DNA of 64,000 nucleotides from an uncultured Pseudomonadales bacterium (GCA_964519905.1 CAZFLN010000006.1:4058-68057); one strand, 5' to 3'; positions 8,811-18,708 are shown, counted from the first letter of the stretch. A program made the numbers and translations. Notes: generated from the letters alone by a model not told the origin.

Positions 8811-11513
8811 TCAGCTTATCTCGACGAAACTTGATATTGGGCCCTTAAATACCACACCCGGCAACTGCTCAAAGTGTTTTTTGCCACACGCGATCTTCAT
8901 GAGCTCAGAAGGTCGTAGTTCTTGGTTTTTACTCTTTGTTTCTGCGACGAAGTAAATCTTGGTCTCGTTTTCTAGTATAAATGCCCAGTCAGGGTTATAT
9001 GAGCCAAGAGGAGTTTCGATTTTGAACCAACGCGGCAGTTTGAAGTAAAATTTTACATCAGGATTGCGCTCCAATTCCCCGGCGAAGTTTCTTTCTGGTT
9101 CGGAGTTGTTATCAATAAGAACATGATCGTAAAGCGTTTTTGTCTGATCTTGCACCTCTACCATGCTATTGAGATAACCCCAAAGCTCTTCGTTCTCAAA
9201 ACGCGCCATTTCCCACGCTTCCGACTCCAATTTTTCGTACTTAATACCCTCTACCATCAACTCATGCAGAACATTGATCAAACGCTTTGAAGCTTGATCT
9301 AAAAACTGTTGAGGATTTTTAAGTATTTTGCCAGCAACTTGAGCAGTATTCAAAATAGTGAGAAGTGTTTGCTTTGTTAATCTCGTGCGAGATTGTAAGT
9401 AACTCAAAACATCGGGCACTAGAACTTGCGCAGCGTTGAGGCGTTTCTCACCAGCACGTCGTACCGCTGAGCTCACCCCCTTTTTGTTCATCTCAATGTT
9501 CACGCTTACGACTCTAATGCGAGGGCTTGTTACTTCAATTGATTGAAGTTCTCTAACAGCCCGGTGAACAAGCTCATCTGTGTCATACTCCACGTTATAG
9601 CGGGTGCGATGTTTGATCTTTTCCCAGAGAGCTTGAAATTGTGGGTCAAGGTTATACCCTTTCTTAAGTTGAACACGTCGTTTTTTCTTGGCATTACTGA
9701 TACGTCCAGAAAAGTCGACGCCACATTCTTCCTGAATCTCGTTCTGTAGACCACGAGCGAAGTCATCATAGTGTTCATTAGCAACAACTGTTAGAACAGC
9801 AATGTTTTGATCGGCAACACGTTCTCCCTGTTGGTTAACTGGCAAACGCAGGCCACGACCAATCTCTTGTCGCTTCTTAATATCAGAGCTTGTTTCATTA
9901 AGAGTACAAATTTGGAAAACATTGGGACTATCCCAACCTTCGCGTAAGGTGGAGTGAGAGAAAATAAACTTAAGCGGTGTAGAGAGCGATAGAAGCCGCT
10001 CTTTATCTCTCATGATTAACTCATAGGTATCATCATCTGCCTTAGTTGTCCCGGTTGTGTCCTTGTAATGGCCACTTTTGTCTCTGGAGAAATAGCCATC
10101 ATGCAACGCACTGATAGAATTGTCTTCTTGGCGTAATGAAGCATACTTTGGATTTTGAATCAGTTCTTGATAAAGTTCCTCGAACCAAACAGCATACTTC
10201 CCGGAAGTTATTGTATTGCCTTGATATTGGCGATAATTGTCTACGCGGTCAATGAAAAAGAGTGAAAGTACTTTAATACCAAGTGGCAACAAAGAGAGTT
10301 CTTTTTCGAGGTGATTGGCAATAGTTTGCTTGATTTGGGTTTTAATCAAATCCTCGGTATAACCACCAGTCACTTGCCCGACATAAATCGTTTGTCCATT
10401 GGAAAAGCGAACATACTCGGAAAGAGTATCAATATCGTCAACCACAAAGCCACGGTATGCCTCTCGTTCTCCAGAAAGACTATATAAGTCGCTCTCTACT
10501 TTCACCGATACTGTCTTTTTTTGTACGCCGGTTGGTGTTTGGACATCTATAGCAAGTTTGGCAGAAACGGTACTTCCTTTGCTGCCTACACTGTGCAATT
10601 CAAGATATGCCTGGTTATAGCTTTCTTCTTGAATGACCGAATCAACCTCAATACGTTTTACGAGACCTAAGTCGTAGGCATCAACCGGAGTAAGTTTGTA
10701 AATAAGATTATAGTTATTGCGATGTGTGGCACTGTAGCGCAGGGTACATAAAGGATTCAGGTTTGAAATAGCTTTTTTAGCTTTCTTGGTCTCCATTGAT
10801 TGGGGTTCATCTACGATCACTATTGGATTGGTAGCTTTAATGTATTCAATTGGAGTACCCCAGTCACTATTTCGGTAAAGAATGTTACCGGAATCTTCAG
10901 AATCACGGATAAACGATTGGATGTTCATCACCATGATTTGTAATGAGTTGGCTTTAGCAAAGTTTTTTGTTTGTACGCGATTTTTTGATTCATAGACGTA
11001 AAAATCATGTTTTGGCCGGTCGTAAATAGTGGCAAAATGCTCATCAGTAATTTCTAAGTTTTTAATCACGCCTTCTTTAATGGCTATGCTCGGAACGACG
11101 ATAATGAATTTTTTGAAGCCATAGGCTTTGTGTAGTTCATAAATTGTACGCAAATATACGTAGGTCTTTCCTGTACCAGTTTCCATTTCAAGCGAGAAGT
11201 TAAGCCCATTCTTTAAACTAATAGAATCTGCTTCTCCCGGGAGCATTGATCCAACAAGTCCAGGAGTAAAAAATCCCTCAGATAAAGGAAGTTTGTACTT
11301 CGTTTGTACTTGTTTGGTGTTATCAAAAATTTGCGAATGTTCAAGAACTAGCTTGTTTGATGTGACCAGTTCAAAAAGATCAGCTTGGCCCGAAGATAAT
11401 TCAATATCATTTTCCTGCGTGCTTTCAGTCAATGGTTGACCAGTAAAGAGTTCTACCACTGAGCTAATGGCATCCAATTGATATTGTTGGTTTGGGTCAA
11501 ACTGTAATTTCAT
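8811..11513 (-). CDS. res: Type III restriction enzyme Res subunit (SF2 helicase plus PD-(D/E)xK nuclease)
   Basis: MKLQFDPNQQYQLDAI N-terminus typical of Type III Res; TGTGKT Walker A; VIVDEPQ motif II; C-terminal endonuclease region. Confidence 0.85.
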   Translation of the reverse strand: MKLQFDPNQQYQLDAISSVVELFTGQPLTESTQENDIELSSGQADLFELVTSNKLVLEHSQIFDNTKQVQTKYKLPLSEGFFTPGLVGSMLPGEADSISLKNGLNFSLEMETGTGKTYVYLRTIYELHKAYGFKKFIIVVPSIAIKEGVIKNLEITDEHFATIYDRPKHDFYVYESKNRVQTKNFAKANSLQIMVMNIQSFIRDSEDSGNILYRNSDWGTPIEYIKATNPIVIVDEPQSMETKKAKKAISNLNPLCTLRYSATHRNNYNLIYKLTPVDAYDLGLVKRIEVDSVIQEESYNQAYLELHSVGSKGSTVSAKLAIDVQTPTGVQKKTVSVKVESDLYSLSGEREAYRGFVVDDIDTLSEYVRFSNGQTIYVGQVTGGYTEDLIKTQIKQTIANHLEKELSLLPLGIKVLSLFFIDRVDNYRQYQGNTITSGKYAVWFEELYQELIQNPKYASLRQEDNSISALHDGYFSRDKSGHYKDTTGTTKADDDTYELIMRDKERLLSLSTPLKFIFSHSTLREGWDSPNVFQICTLNETSSDIKKRQEIGRGLRLPVNQQGERVADQNIAVLTVVANEHYDDFARGLQNEIQEECGVDFSGRISNAKKKRRVQLKKGYNLDPQFQALWEKIKHRTRYNVEYDTDELVHRAVRELQSIEVTSPRIRVVSVNIEMNKKGVSSAVRRAGEKRLNAAQVLVPDVLSYLQSRTRLTKQTLLTILNTAQVAGKILKNPQQFLDQASKRLINVLHELMVEGIKYEKLESEAWEMARFENEELWGYLNSMVEVQDQTKTLYDHVLIDNNSEPERNFAGELERNPDVKFYFKLPRWFKIETPLGSYNPDWAFILENETKIYFVAETKSKNQELRPSELMKIACGKKHFEQLPGVVFKGPISSFVEIS

Positions 11514-11518
11514 ATTTG

Positions 11519-13492
11519 TTACACTACCTTGAAGTCAATATCTGCTCGTTCAAGATTGAGAATAGTGTTTGTTTTTAGATCGTCATTATTCGCAAAAACG
11601 CGTTCTAAAAAGATAACCTTTGCAGGTTTTCCTCGTTCGAGAAAATCGATAAAATCTCTGGTAACTGTCCCTTTCAGGCAAACAACCAACTTATTATTTC
11701 CAACAACGAAATATGTCACGCCGGCTTGCTCTGATCGTTTAACAGGTTCAGTGAGTTCGAGGCCAGATTTAAGTATGAGTTCGTACAAGAGATTGCTCTG
11801 GTTAGCATCTGGGCTGGTGTTTTCTACTGAGAGTTTAAGTTGTTGAGTAAGTTGCATTGGATTAACAACAGATTGATTCCAGACTTCGAAGTTACTCGCT
11901 TTGAGTCTAAAAAACTTGACACCGACCTGAGATGCTATTTTTCTAATTCTTTCAATAGATATCTCAGAAATGGTTCTGTACCCCAAACGAAAAGCTTCTG
12001 AGTTTTCATCTATTTTTTCTGGAAGTTGAACCATAATAAAATTTCTATCTTGGCCATCTTTTTCATTTAGTTCTATTAAGGCGTGTGCCGTTGTGGCAGA
12101 CCCAGCAAAGAAGTCCATAACTAAGTCATTCTTACCCGATCCGATACTAATCAGATAGCTGATAAGGTCTTTAGGTTTTGGATAATCAAAAATAATTCCG
12201 TTTTTCTCCAACTCAGAGCGCATTTTCTCTGTTGTTCCAAAGTTCCTTAATACGGACAGGATATTGCGAGCTTTTTCCCTCTCTCTTCTATAATAAAGAA
12301 CACCTTTCTCAGAAAGAAAGAATGACAATCTATCACCGTTATCCATTATCGGGTTACAATTGTTTTCAATAAATTGTTTTAGTTTGTTTACATTAGCCCA
12401 ACCACTAAACAATTTGCACGGCGCAAGTAACTTGCTATTTTTTACAGTGAGTTTACCAATTCTTACTGGGTATGATGCTGACCACTTTTCAGTAATTTGC
12501 CTTGAAATATAGCCAAGCTTCTTCACATCACTGAAATAACCCTCAGGCAGATCAGAGCTTTCTAAACTAATTTCATCTATTGAACATGGGAAACCTATTG
12601 GTAACTCAATCTCGCTTGGTGGATTGGCGGGACCATTTTTTGTAATTGAATTTTCAGCATATCCCTTCCACAAATTACTATCTTTTCTTGTATTAGGATC
12701 AACAACTTGTTCCAATTTAGCCCGGTTGCTATTCTTAGCATAAAGAATGATGTACTCATGGTTTATTTTAACGTCCAGTTGATTGTCAGTATGTCCGTCA
12801 GTGTTCCAGACAAACTGTGTAATAAAGTTTTCTTCCCCAAATATCTCGTCCATTATTATTCTTAGATTGTGGACTTCATGATCATCCATGCTAATAAATA
12901 CCAGTCCGTCTTGTCGAAGCAAATTTCTGGCCAAAAATAATCGGGGATACATCATATTCAGCCAGTCAGAGTGGTAATGCCCGTTATCGCGAGTGTTACG
13001 TCGTAGGGCAGTGTCTTTTAAGAGATCGCCGTTGTCATTGCGTTGGCCAGATTCAGCTTCATAGGTTGTTTTATCTTGCTTGAAATTGTCATTATAAATA
13101 AAATCATTACCGGTGTTATATGGGGGATCAATATAAATCATCTTAATCTTGCCATAATAAGAACGCTGCAATATACGCAAAACTTCTAGGTTGTCACCTT
13201 CTATGAAAAGGTTTTTTGTGGTATCAAAGTTGACTGATTCCTGGGGAAGAGGGGCTAAAGTAGCACTGGTAGTTTTTTGAATTTCCCGGAAAACATTAGA
13301 CTTTCCCGCCCAATTCAATCCATATCTTTCTGTGCCACTGCTTACTTGTTCTCCCAGGGTTTGCTTGAGCTTATCCGGATCAATTTTACCCTCACTGAAT
13401 ACTTCTGGGAATTGTTCCTTCAGTTGTTGGAGTAATTCCTCTTGAGGATTAATTGATTTACCATTCATCTTTGGAGTGTTCATATCACTCAT
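11519..13492 (-). CDS. mod: Type III R-M Mod subunit (N6-adenine DNA methyltransferase)
   Basis: IYIDPPYNTGNDF (DPPY) catalytic motif and conserved EQFPEVF N-terminal region; ORF extends to 13525, start chosen at MSDMNTPK. Confidence 0.85.
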   Translation of the reverse strand: MSDMNTPKMNGKSINPQEELLQQLKEQFPEVFSEGKIDPDKLKQTLGEQVSSGTERYGLNWAGKSNVFREIQKTTSATLAPLPQESVNFDTTKNLFIEGDNLEVLRILQRSYYGKIKMIYIDPPYNTGNDFIYNDNFKQDKTTYEAESGQRNDNGDLLKDTALRRNTRDNGHYHSDWLNMMYPRLFLARNLLRQDGLVFISMDDHEVHNLRIIMDEIFGEENFITQFVWNTDGHTDNQLDVKINHEYIILYAKNSNRAKLEQVVDPNTRKDSNLWKGYAENSITKNGPANPPSEIELPIGFPCSIDEISLESSDLPEGYFSDVKKLGYISRQITEKWSASYPVRIGKLTVKNSKLLAPCKLFSGWANVNKLKQFIENNCNPIMDNGDRLSFFLSEKGVLYYRREREKARNILSVLRNFGTTEKMRSELEKNGIIFDYPKPKDLISYLISIGSGKNDLVMDFFAGSATTAHALIELNEKDGQDRNFIMVQLPEKIDENSEAFRLGYRTISEISIERIRKIASQVGVKFFRLKASNFEVWNQSVVNPMQLTQQLKLSVENTSPDANQSNLLYELILKSGLELTEPVKRSEQAGVTYFVVGNNKLVVCLKGTVTRDFIDFLERGKPAKVIFLERVFANNDDLKTNTILNLERADIDFKVV

Positions 13493-13591
13493 TCTAACAA
13501 CGAACGGCCTGACGTGAAAGCGCAATATGTGTCAAAGTGATATACTTCATAACTTCTTCAAAGCTTTTTAAGCTATAAGTGCAGTTTTTCA

Positions 13592-13614
13592 AATCCTAAC
13601 AATCTAATAGGATT
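13592..13614. other. 7-bp stem hairpin (aatccta...taggatt)
   Basis: inverted repeat seen upstream of the mod start. Confidence 0.3.
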
Positions 13615-13740
13615 GGTTGTAGACATAATCAAGATTTAATCATTATTTCCTTTTTAAGTAAGCGCTTGTTTGAGATATAACGAGCGGATAAGTTAGTTAT
13701 GACCTAATCCCAGTTTTTCGAAACCGGGTATGGTCAAAAA

Positions 13741-13783
13741 ACCTGAAAGATAAACAACCCTCGCTGAGGAGTATCTTTCAGGT
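13741..13783. other. 12-bp perfect inverted repeat (acctgaaagata...tatctttcaggt) with 19-nt loop
   Basis: seen directly; lies between the mod gene and the att repeat. Confidence 0.4.
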
Positions 13784-13873
13784 CATGTCAGGAAACTGGC
13801 ATGCGTGGCAATACGGTACTCGGCGGGGGCTTTTTGCCACTCCCAAACGAGTCGCCTCGAACCTTACGATACT

Positions 13874-13892
13874 TGTGACCCCACGGAGATTC
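13874..13892. repeat. attL: 19-bp direct repeat identical to the tRNA-Glu 3' end
   Basis: tgtgaccccacggagattc is identical to 24009-24027; flanking bases differ. Confidence 0.8.
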
Positions 13893-14145
13893 ACCCCAAG
13901 AGTATTTCTCAGGTTTGCTTCACTCCGTTTGCAAACTTGAAGTGCACGAACTCGCGACTTCGTATCAAACCATGAGATTTCAGCTACAAAAATAGTCGCT
14001 CAGGCGACTTTTTTTGTACCTGTGACCCAAAGGGTTTGGGATTGGAACCAGATTCTTCGTGATCTGGTCGACCTGTTCGACACCTTCCGCCAAGACGTAA
14101 TGCTACCTGATGTTAAGTACTCCGTCTAGGGAATAGAACCGGTGT
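13893..14145. repeat. copy 2 of the approximately 270-bp conserved non-coding segment with intrinsic terminator
   Basis: homologous to 6427-6700; perfect terminator agtcgc-tcag-gcgact plus T7 at 13984-14006. Confidence 0.6.
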
Positions 14146-14149
14146 AATA

Positions 14150-17100
14150 CTATCCCCATTTAGTAGCATGGAGCTCTGCCTCTTGATCTTCTCTGACGGC
14201 TTCACGGGCATAAGAATCAGCGATAGCTTTCAGAATCGAAGCTGTTATTGGCCAGTCAGGTGCTACATTTTCGCTCATCTCCTGATATTTTTCGGCAAGA
14301 GATCTTTCTTGAGTTCCACCATCATACGGACCACGTGTGGTAACGCCTCGGTTATTGTAAACGTAGCTTTGGATGTGCCGATTAATTACGCTGTTGTCGA
14401 GTTCTTCTATGATCTTTCTTGCCGCTGTGTGTGGCCAGCAACCATCAGTATCATATGGCGTCTTTGCTAGCACGCTTGCTAATTCCAAGTCGCAACCGGT
14501 TGTGAGACTCTGCTCGGCACAAGATTTTCTGGCAGTTTCAACCCAAGTAGATAGCTCCTTCGCGTCAAGAGCCCCTTCTTCATTTGTTCCAGGAAATCCT
14601 TCCCAAGAATCAAGTACGTTTTTTGCATTTCTCGCCAAGTTACTGGATTGATCAGAATTAAGACCCGCATGTTTCGGGTTGGCCTTCCTATCGTCCCTTT
14701 TGTAAACCATGCCGACAAGGTCACAAAAGAATGCCGGATCTTTTTCGAGCAGCTTGTGAATCGAGAAGGATGTTCTTTCGTTGTCCCTCATTCCTCGGAA
14801 AAGCGACGCGCAAGGCCATTCCAGCTTAGCAATCTCTTCATCCGTGAGTTCTTTGCGCTCTTGCAGCTGCCTGAAAACGTTGGATAGGTAATATTCGGTC
14901 ATGCTGTCTGCATGGCGATCTTCAGAGGGAATGGCAAGTAAATCGAGAATAATTTGTCGGAGCAGATTGCTTGGCAATGAAACAACATGATCGCCGGCGA
15001 TTTCCAATGCTGCCTGAGGTCGTTTGGCGAGAAGAAACTTTTCAGCGGCAATTTGCGCGTTCTCGTTCGAGTGACCTGGCGTATAACCTCTGGCATGTTT
15101 CCAGTATTCTGCTTCAAGATCAATTCCAGCTTTTTCGACTTTCAACCAAGTATCTGGCCCTTCAGGGAGTCCAAGATATAGTTGCGCTGCGATCTCTGGT
15201 GTGTAAATGCCCTCATCTTTCAGTTTTTGGATAGCCGCTTCAACCCAAGCCACACCTTCTTTTTCTGTTCTTCCCCAAGAATAGGAAGAGATAAGCAGAT
15301 GGTTTTTTGCGTGTTTGGCAAAGAAGAAGAGTACTCGATCGTCCTCTTCTTCATTCTTGATGGCTTTTCCCAGCGCTTGTCCCAAAACTCCAACGTATGA
15401 AATACCTGAAGAAAACTTGACGATCTCTTCAAGTGGTACTTTGTCTAGTACTTCTCTGGCAGCTTTTCCTCTTTGTACCGCAACTTCTTTGTCACCATCG
15501 GTCCGATCTCTACGACTCACCTCAGGCAAGTGTGGCCACGGATTATCTAGCAACCAACCAACTCGATCGAGTACATACTCTGGAGTAAATTTGGTGAGTA
15601 GCTTTTTGAGCGGCATGAGGTTCTTCCGCTCGGGCTTTTCGCCGTAACTACTAAGCCAATTCATTGCTTCCCGAATATGTGAACAGAGGAGTTTTACTTC
15701 ATCAGGTGAGAGTTGGTCTTTGTCCATTTGGGTGAGAGTATTCATGAGAGCGGTTTGAATGTAATCTGGAAGGCGAGTAAATTCGTCCATAGCGTCAAGG
15801 ATGTTTACTCTTGTGCACGCCAAACTCTCAAGTCTATTGACCAATTCTTTCTGATATTCCTGTGGATTTGTTTCCGGATCAAAGCCAGACCTCAAGATGC
15901 CGTAGTCCCGCCATCTGAAACGATACGCTTCAGTGAAGTGGCCCCCTGAATGATAAGACTTAGTAAAATTCCAAACGAGCTTTGCATCTTTTGATATGAG
16001 CCTGTCAATCTCTCGTATTCTTTCTGGTGCCGCTGCATAAGTTTGAGGCCAGATGGGCATGAAGATATCTGTCAAACTGTTTGCCGGTCGATTGCTGTAT
16101 CTTCCCCCTGTGTCAATTGCGGCCATTCCTCTGAGAATTTCCACTGCACGAGAGAAATATGTAGAACTCCATGCAAGCGCTTCTAGTGCCCAAAGCAACC
16201 CACTGTGATTGCAGTCTCCAAACGGGCCGCCGTCATCGTCTTTCATCAAGTCAGAAAAAACTTGAGGATGCTTGGCAAGTTGTTTGCGTACCACTTCCAG
16301 AAAAACGTCGGGCGCTGCTTCTGCTAACAGTGGGGAAATATCCTTGAGTGAGGCCCAATGCTCCATTGTGGTCGCGGCCTCCAAAACCTCAGCTACGGTT
16401 TGATTGATCGTATCTTGAAGAGAAACGAGATTTGTCGCTCGGTCTCCCAATACTGAAACCATTGCCAGAGAGCCACAAAGTCCTTCCCTCAGCCAGTCGG
16501 AATGTAGTGGGGCTTTACCATAAACGGCTGCAGCCCATCGCTGATCAGCGGGTAGCTCATATTTAGGATCTTTTTTCAGCAAGACATCCTTCACGACCTG
16601 CTGATACCTCTGAAATATCGCCTCGTCGACATAGCGAGCAATGAGAAACCATGTGTCAATCGGTGACTTCAATACCCAAACATTTCCAACCTTGAGCAAT
16701 GGCGGATCTGCCACTGTTAACAGGTTCCCCAGCTCTGAAAGATAATCCGTATACTTTTTACTAGCGATATATTCAACGATTTGTTGGTCTCCATCTTTCT
16801 TTTCATTCCATGCACCAATGAAAAGAACGGGTAAAAGCAAGTGAGTGTTTTGAGGATTCACCCAAGGTGGATCTGTTATAGCTGGTGAAGGCGACATACG
16901 ACGTCTCAAAACTGGTAGACTCCTGCCGGAATCTCTGGAAAGTTTTCGGGCCTCAACCTCTCCAACACCGATTTTTTTAAGATTCTCCTGAATAGTGCCA
17001 ATAAGTGGTCGAGGAAGGCGCCCAGCATCTCGCGTACTTGAAACGTTTGTTCCTGTACCCAGGAAGACATGATGGCCCTTTCTTACGGCCAAACCTACTA

Positions 17101-17932
17101 AATCATTGCACTCGATCGTTACGGCCAAGATGAGCGAGGTTTGGTATGTATCAAGAATATGTCGTAGATCAGCGGGGTTCTCGACGTAAAGACTTTTGGA
17201 GAGTGAGCGCAATCTCTCGTCATCTGGTAGTCTGGAGAAAGAACTGTATAGAAAAGCAAACGGTTCGTCAGCAGAATCACCTTGAAGCGACAGAATAGCA
17301 GGTGGCTTGTTGAGCCAGCCATGAACAATCTCTACATGATTGTCTCTTCCACCCAGCACAACTTCAGCCGAAAGTGGTGGGTTTGTTGATTCCGACCATT
17401 CTTCCCAAAAGCTCTCCAAGCTCCGTATTCCGCCTGCGCTCGCCTTTCCCAGGCGTTTGGCAAGCCATAAACCCACGGCAGGCGCCTGATCGAGCCAGAG
17501 TGCAAGGTCATCGGCATCGATAGCCCTTACTGATTTCCAATGGTTGGATGCAGCCTTGCTGGTTGCCCACTCATGTCGTTTTGGCCAACGTCGTGGCGTT
17601 ACAAAAACGAAAGATGTATCTTTGGGTGTCAGAGCCAACGAGTCAGCGACCCTTTTCGTGTAATCATCGTCAGCTTTTTTCTTGGGCGACTCCTTTGTGC
17701 CCATTTCCCAACCAGAAACGCCATCAGGGAGATAGGGGGATGATGATGCAATGTTCAACCTGCCGTCCCATCCGGGAGTTGCCACACTGTCTTGTTCAGG
17801 GAAAGAAACTTCACTAACAGAATTAGCTGTTGCCAAAACAAGGCGTCGTAGGAGTTGGGGCAAAAAAGAGGCGCAATCTCTTTGATTACTTTCACTCCAA
17901 GACTTGATATCACCGGCACTTATCCATTGCAT
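14150..17932 (-). CDS. 1260-aa protein of unknown function (island cargo)
   Basis: long uninterrupted ORF; no Walker A/B, no HxH, no obvious catalytic signature; weak D...ExxxK pattern (GWDGRL...WEMGTK) in the first 90 aa. Confidence 0.6.
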   Translation of the reverse strand: MQWISAGDIKSWSESNQRDCASFLPQLLRRLVLATANSVSEVSFPEQDSVATPGWDGRLNIASSSPYLPDGVSGWEMGTKESPKKKADDDYTKRVADSLALTPKDTSFVFVTPRRWPKRHEWATSKAASNHWKSVRAIDADDLALWLDQAPAVGLWLAKRLGKASAGGIRSLESFWEEWSESTNPPLSAEVVLGGRDNHVEIVHGWLNKPPAILSLQGDSADEPFAFLYSSFSRLPDDERLRSLSKSLYVENPADLRHILDTYQTSLILAVTIECNDLVGLAVRKGHHVFLGTGTNVSSTRDAGRLPRPLIGTIQENLKKIGVGEVEARKLSRDSGRSLPVLRRRMSPSPAITDPPWVNPQNTHLLLPVLFIGAWNEKKDGDQQIVEYIASKKYTDYLSELGNLLTVADPPLLKVGNVWVLKSPIDTWFLIARYVDEAIFQRYQQVVKDVLLKKDPKYELPADQRWAAAVYGKAPLHSDWLREGLCGSLAMVSVLGDRATNLVSLQDTINQTVAEVLEAATTMEHWASLKDISPLLAEAAPDVFLEVVRKQLAKHPQVFSDLMKDDDGGPFGDCNHSGLLWALEALAWSSTYFSRAVEILRGMAAIDTGGRYSNRPANSLTDIFMPIWPQTYAAAPERIREIDRLISKDAKLVWNFTKSYHSGGHFTEAYRFRWRDYGILRSGFDPETNPQEYQKELVNRLESLACTRVNILDAMDEFTRLPDYIQTALMNTLTQMDKDQLSPDEVKLLCSHIREAMNWLSSYGEKPERKNLMPLKKLLTKFTPEYVLDRVGWLLDNPWPHLPEVSRRDRTDGDKEVAVQRGKAAREVLDKVPLEEIVKFSSGISYVGVLGQALGKAIKNEEEDDRVLFFFAKHAKNHLLISSYSWGRTEKEGVAWVEAAIQKLKDEGIYTPEIAAQLYLGLPEGPDTWLKVEKAGIDLEAEYWKHARGYTPGHSNENAQIAAEKFLLAKRPQAALEIAGDHVVSLPSNLLRQIILDLLAIPSEDRHADSMTEYYLSNVFRQLQERKELTDEEIAKLEWPCASLFRGMRDNERTSFSIHKLLEKDPAFFCDLVGMVYKRDDRKANPKHAGLNSDQSSNLARNAKNVLDSWEGFPGTNEEGALDAKELSTWVETARKSCAEQSLTTGCDLELASVLAKTPYDTDGCWPHTAARKIIEELDNSVINRHIQSYVYNNRGVTTRGPYDGGTQERSLAEKYQEMSENVAPDWPITASILKAIADSYAREAVREDQEAELHATKWG

Positions 17933-18003
17933 ACGGCATCATTCTAGTCCCAATTTTCCCCGAAGTGAATCAGTAATGTTGTGCATCAAAACTGTGTAAA
18001 ATC

Positions 18004-18381
18004 TTGAGTATGCGCGTAAAACGAGGGAGACCATCCCTTCTCACGGAATCTGTCCAAAATCAATTAAAACAAGCGTTTCTGGTCGGCGCAACCGACGACG
18101 AAGCTTGTTTAGTGGTGGGAATTGCCCCAAGCACACTCTATAAATTCCAGGAGAAAAACCCGTCATTTTCGGAGCAAAAACGACTATGGAAGCGTTCTCC
18201 AGTTTTTCGCGCCAAGGCGACGATCGTCCGCAATCTCGACAATGTCGATGTGGCCAAGTGGTACTTGGAACGTAGAGCCAAAGATGAGTTTTCGACAAAA
18301 CACGAGTTGGAAGGGATTTCCGACAATACACCAATCCAAGTAATATTTAGGGGAAAAGATGAAGACAAGGCAAACGTTTAG
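18004..18381 (+). CDS. HTH protein resembling phage terminase small subunit
   Basis: KRGRPSLLTE...GATDDEACLVVGIAPSTLYKFQEKNPSFSEQ matches the conserved N-terminal pattern of P27-type TerS and related HTH proteins. Confidence 0.5.
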   Translation: MSMRVKRGRPSLLTESVQNQLKQAFLVGATDDEACLVVGIAPSTLYKFQEKNPSFSEQKRLWKRSPVFRAKATIVRNLDNVDVAKWYLERRAKDEFSTKHELEGISDNTPIQVIFRGKDEDKANV

Positions 18382-18635
18382 AAATTCACAAGATCATTGA
18401 GCGTTTTGCCCAAGGCCTTGGCGATCTTCCACAAGACAAAAACGGTTGGATGATACTTCCCGGCTTCAAGATGAGCGACGTATGCGGAATGAAGCTTGGC
18501 TCTACCGCCCAGCTCTTCCTGTGAGATACCTTTGCTTTTCCGAGCGTCACGAATATTACCAGCTAATCTTTGGGTGAATTCTTTACGGACTTTGGTGTTG
18601 TCTCCGTCTGTTTCAGGGAGATTTATCGTATTCAT
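18378..18635 (-). CDS. XRE-family HTH transcriptional regulator
   Basis: KGISQEELGGRAKLHSAYVAHLEAGKYHPTVFVLWKIAKALGKTLNDL is a classic Cro/C1-type HTH; start taken at MNTINLP (ORF extends to 18767). Confidence 0.7.
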   Translation of the reverse strand: MNTINLPETDGDNTKVRKEFTQRLAGNIRDARKSKGISQEELGGRAKLHSAYVAHLEAGKYHPTVFVLWKIAKALGKTLNDLVNF

Positions 18636-18708
18636 TTCAACAATTATTTTCCTGGTGATTAGAGGCTTACGCCATGGCGTAGTCATCAAGTTAGTGATAT
18701 GATCTCTG

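Larger units (their letters stand above)
6427..13873. mobile_element. AT-rich accessory block (OLD nuclease plus Type III R-M); putative older or tandem island abutting the tRNA-Glu element
   Basis: visibly lower GC than flanks; defence-gene content; left end carries a homolog of the 270-bp end segment of the adjacent integrated element; no own integrase or att core found. Confidence 0.4.

Noticed and set aside
14168-17817. Many 60-110-aa ORFs antisense or out of frame inside the 1260-aa gene, and similarly inside res, mod, alaS and argS
   Set aside because: Fully embedded in long ORFs with clear protein signal; typical spurious frames.
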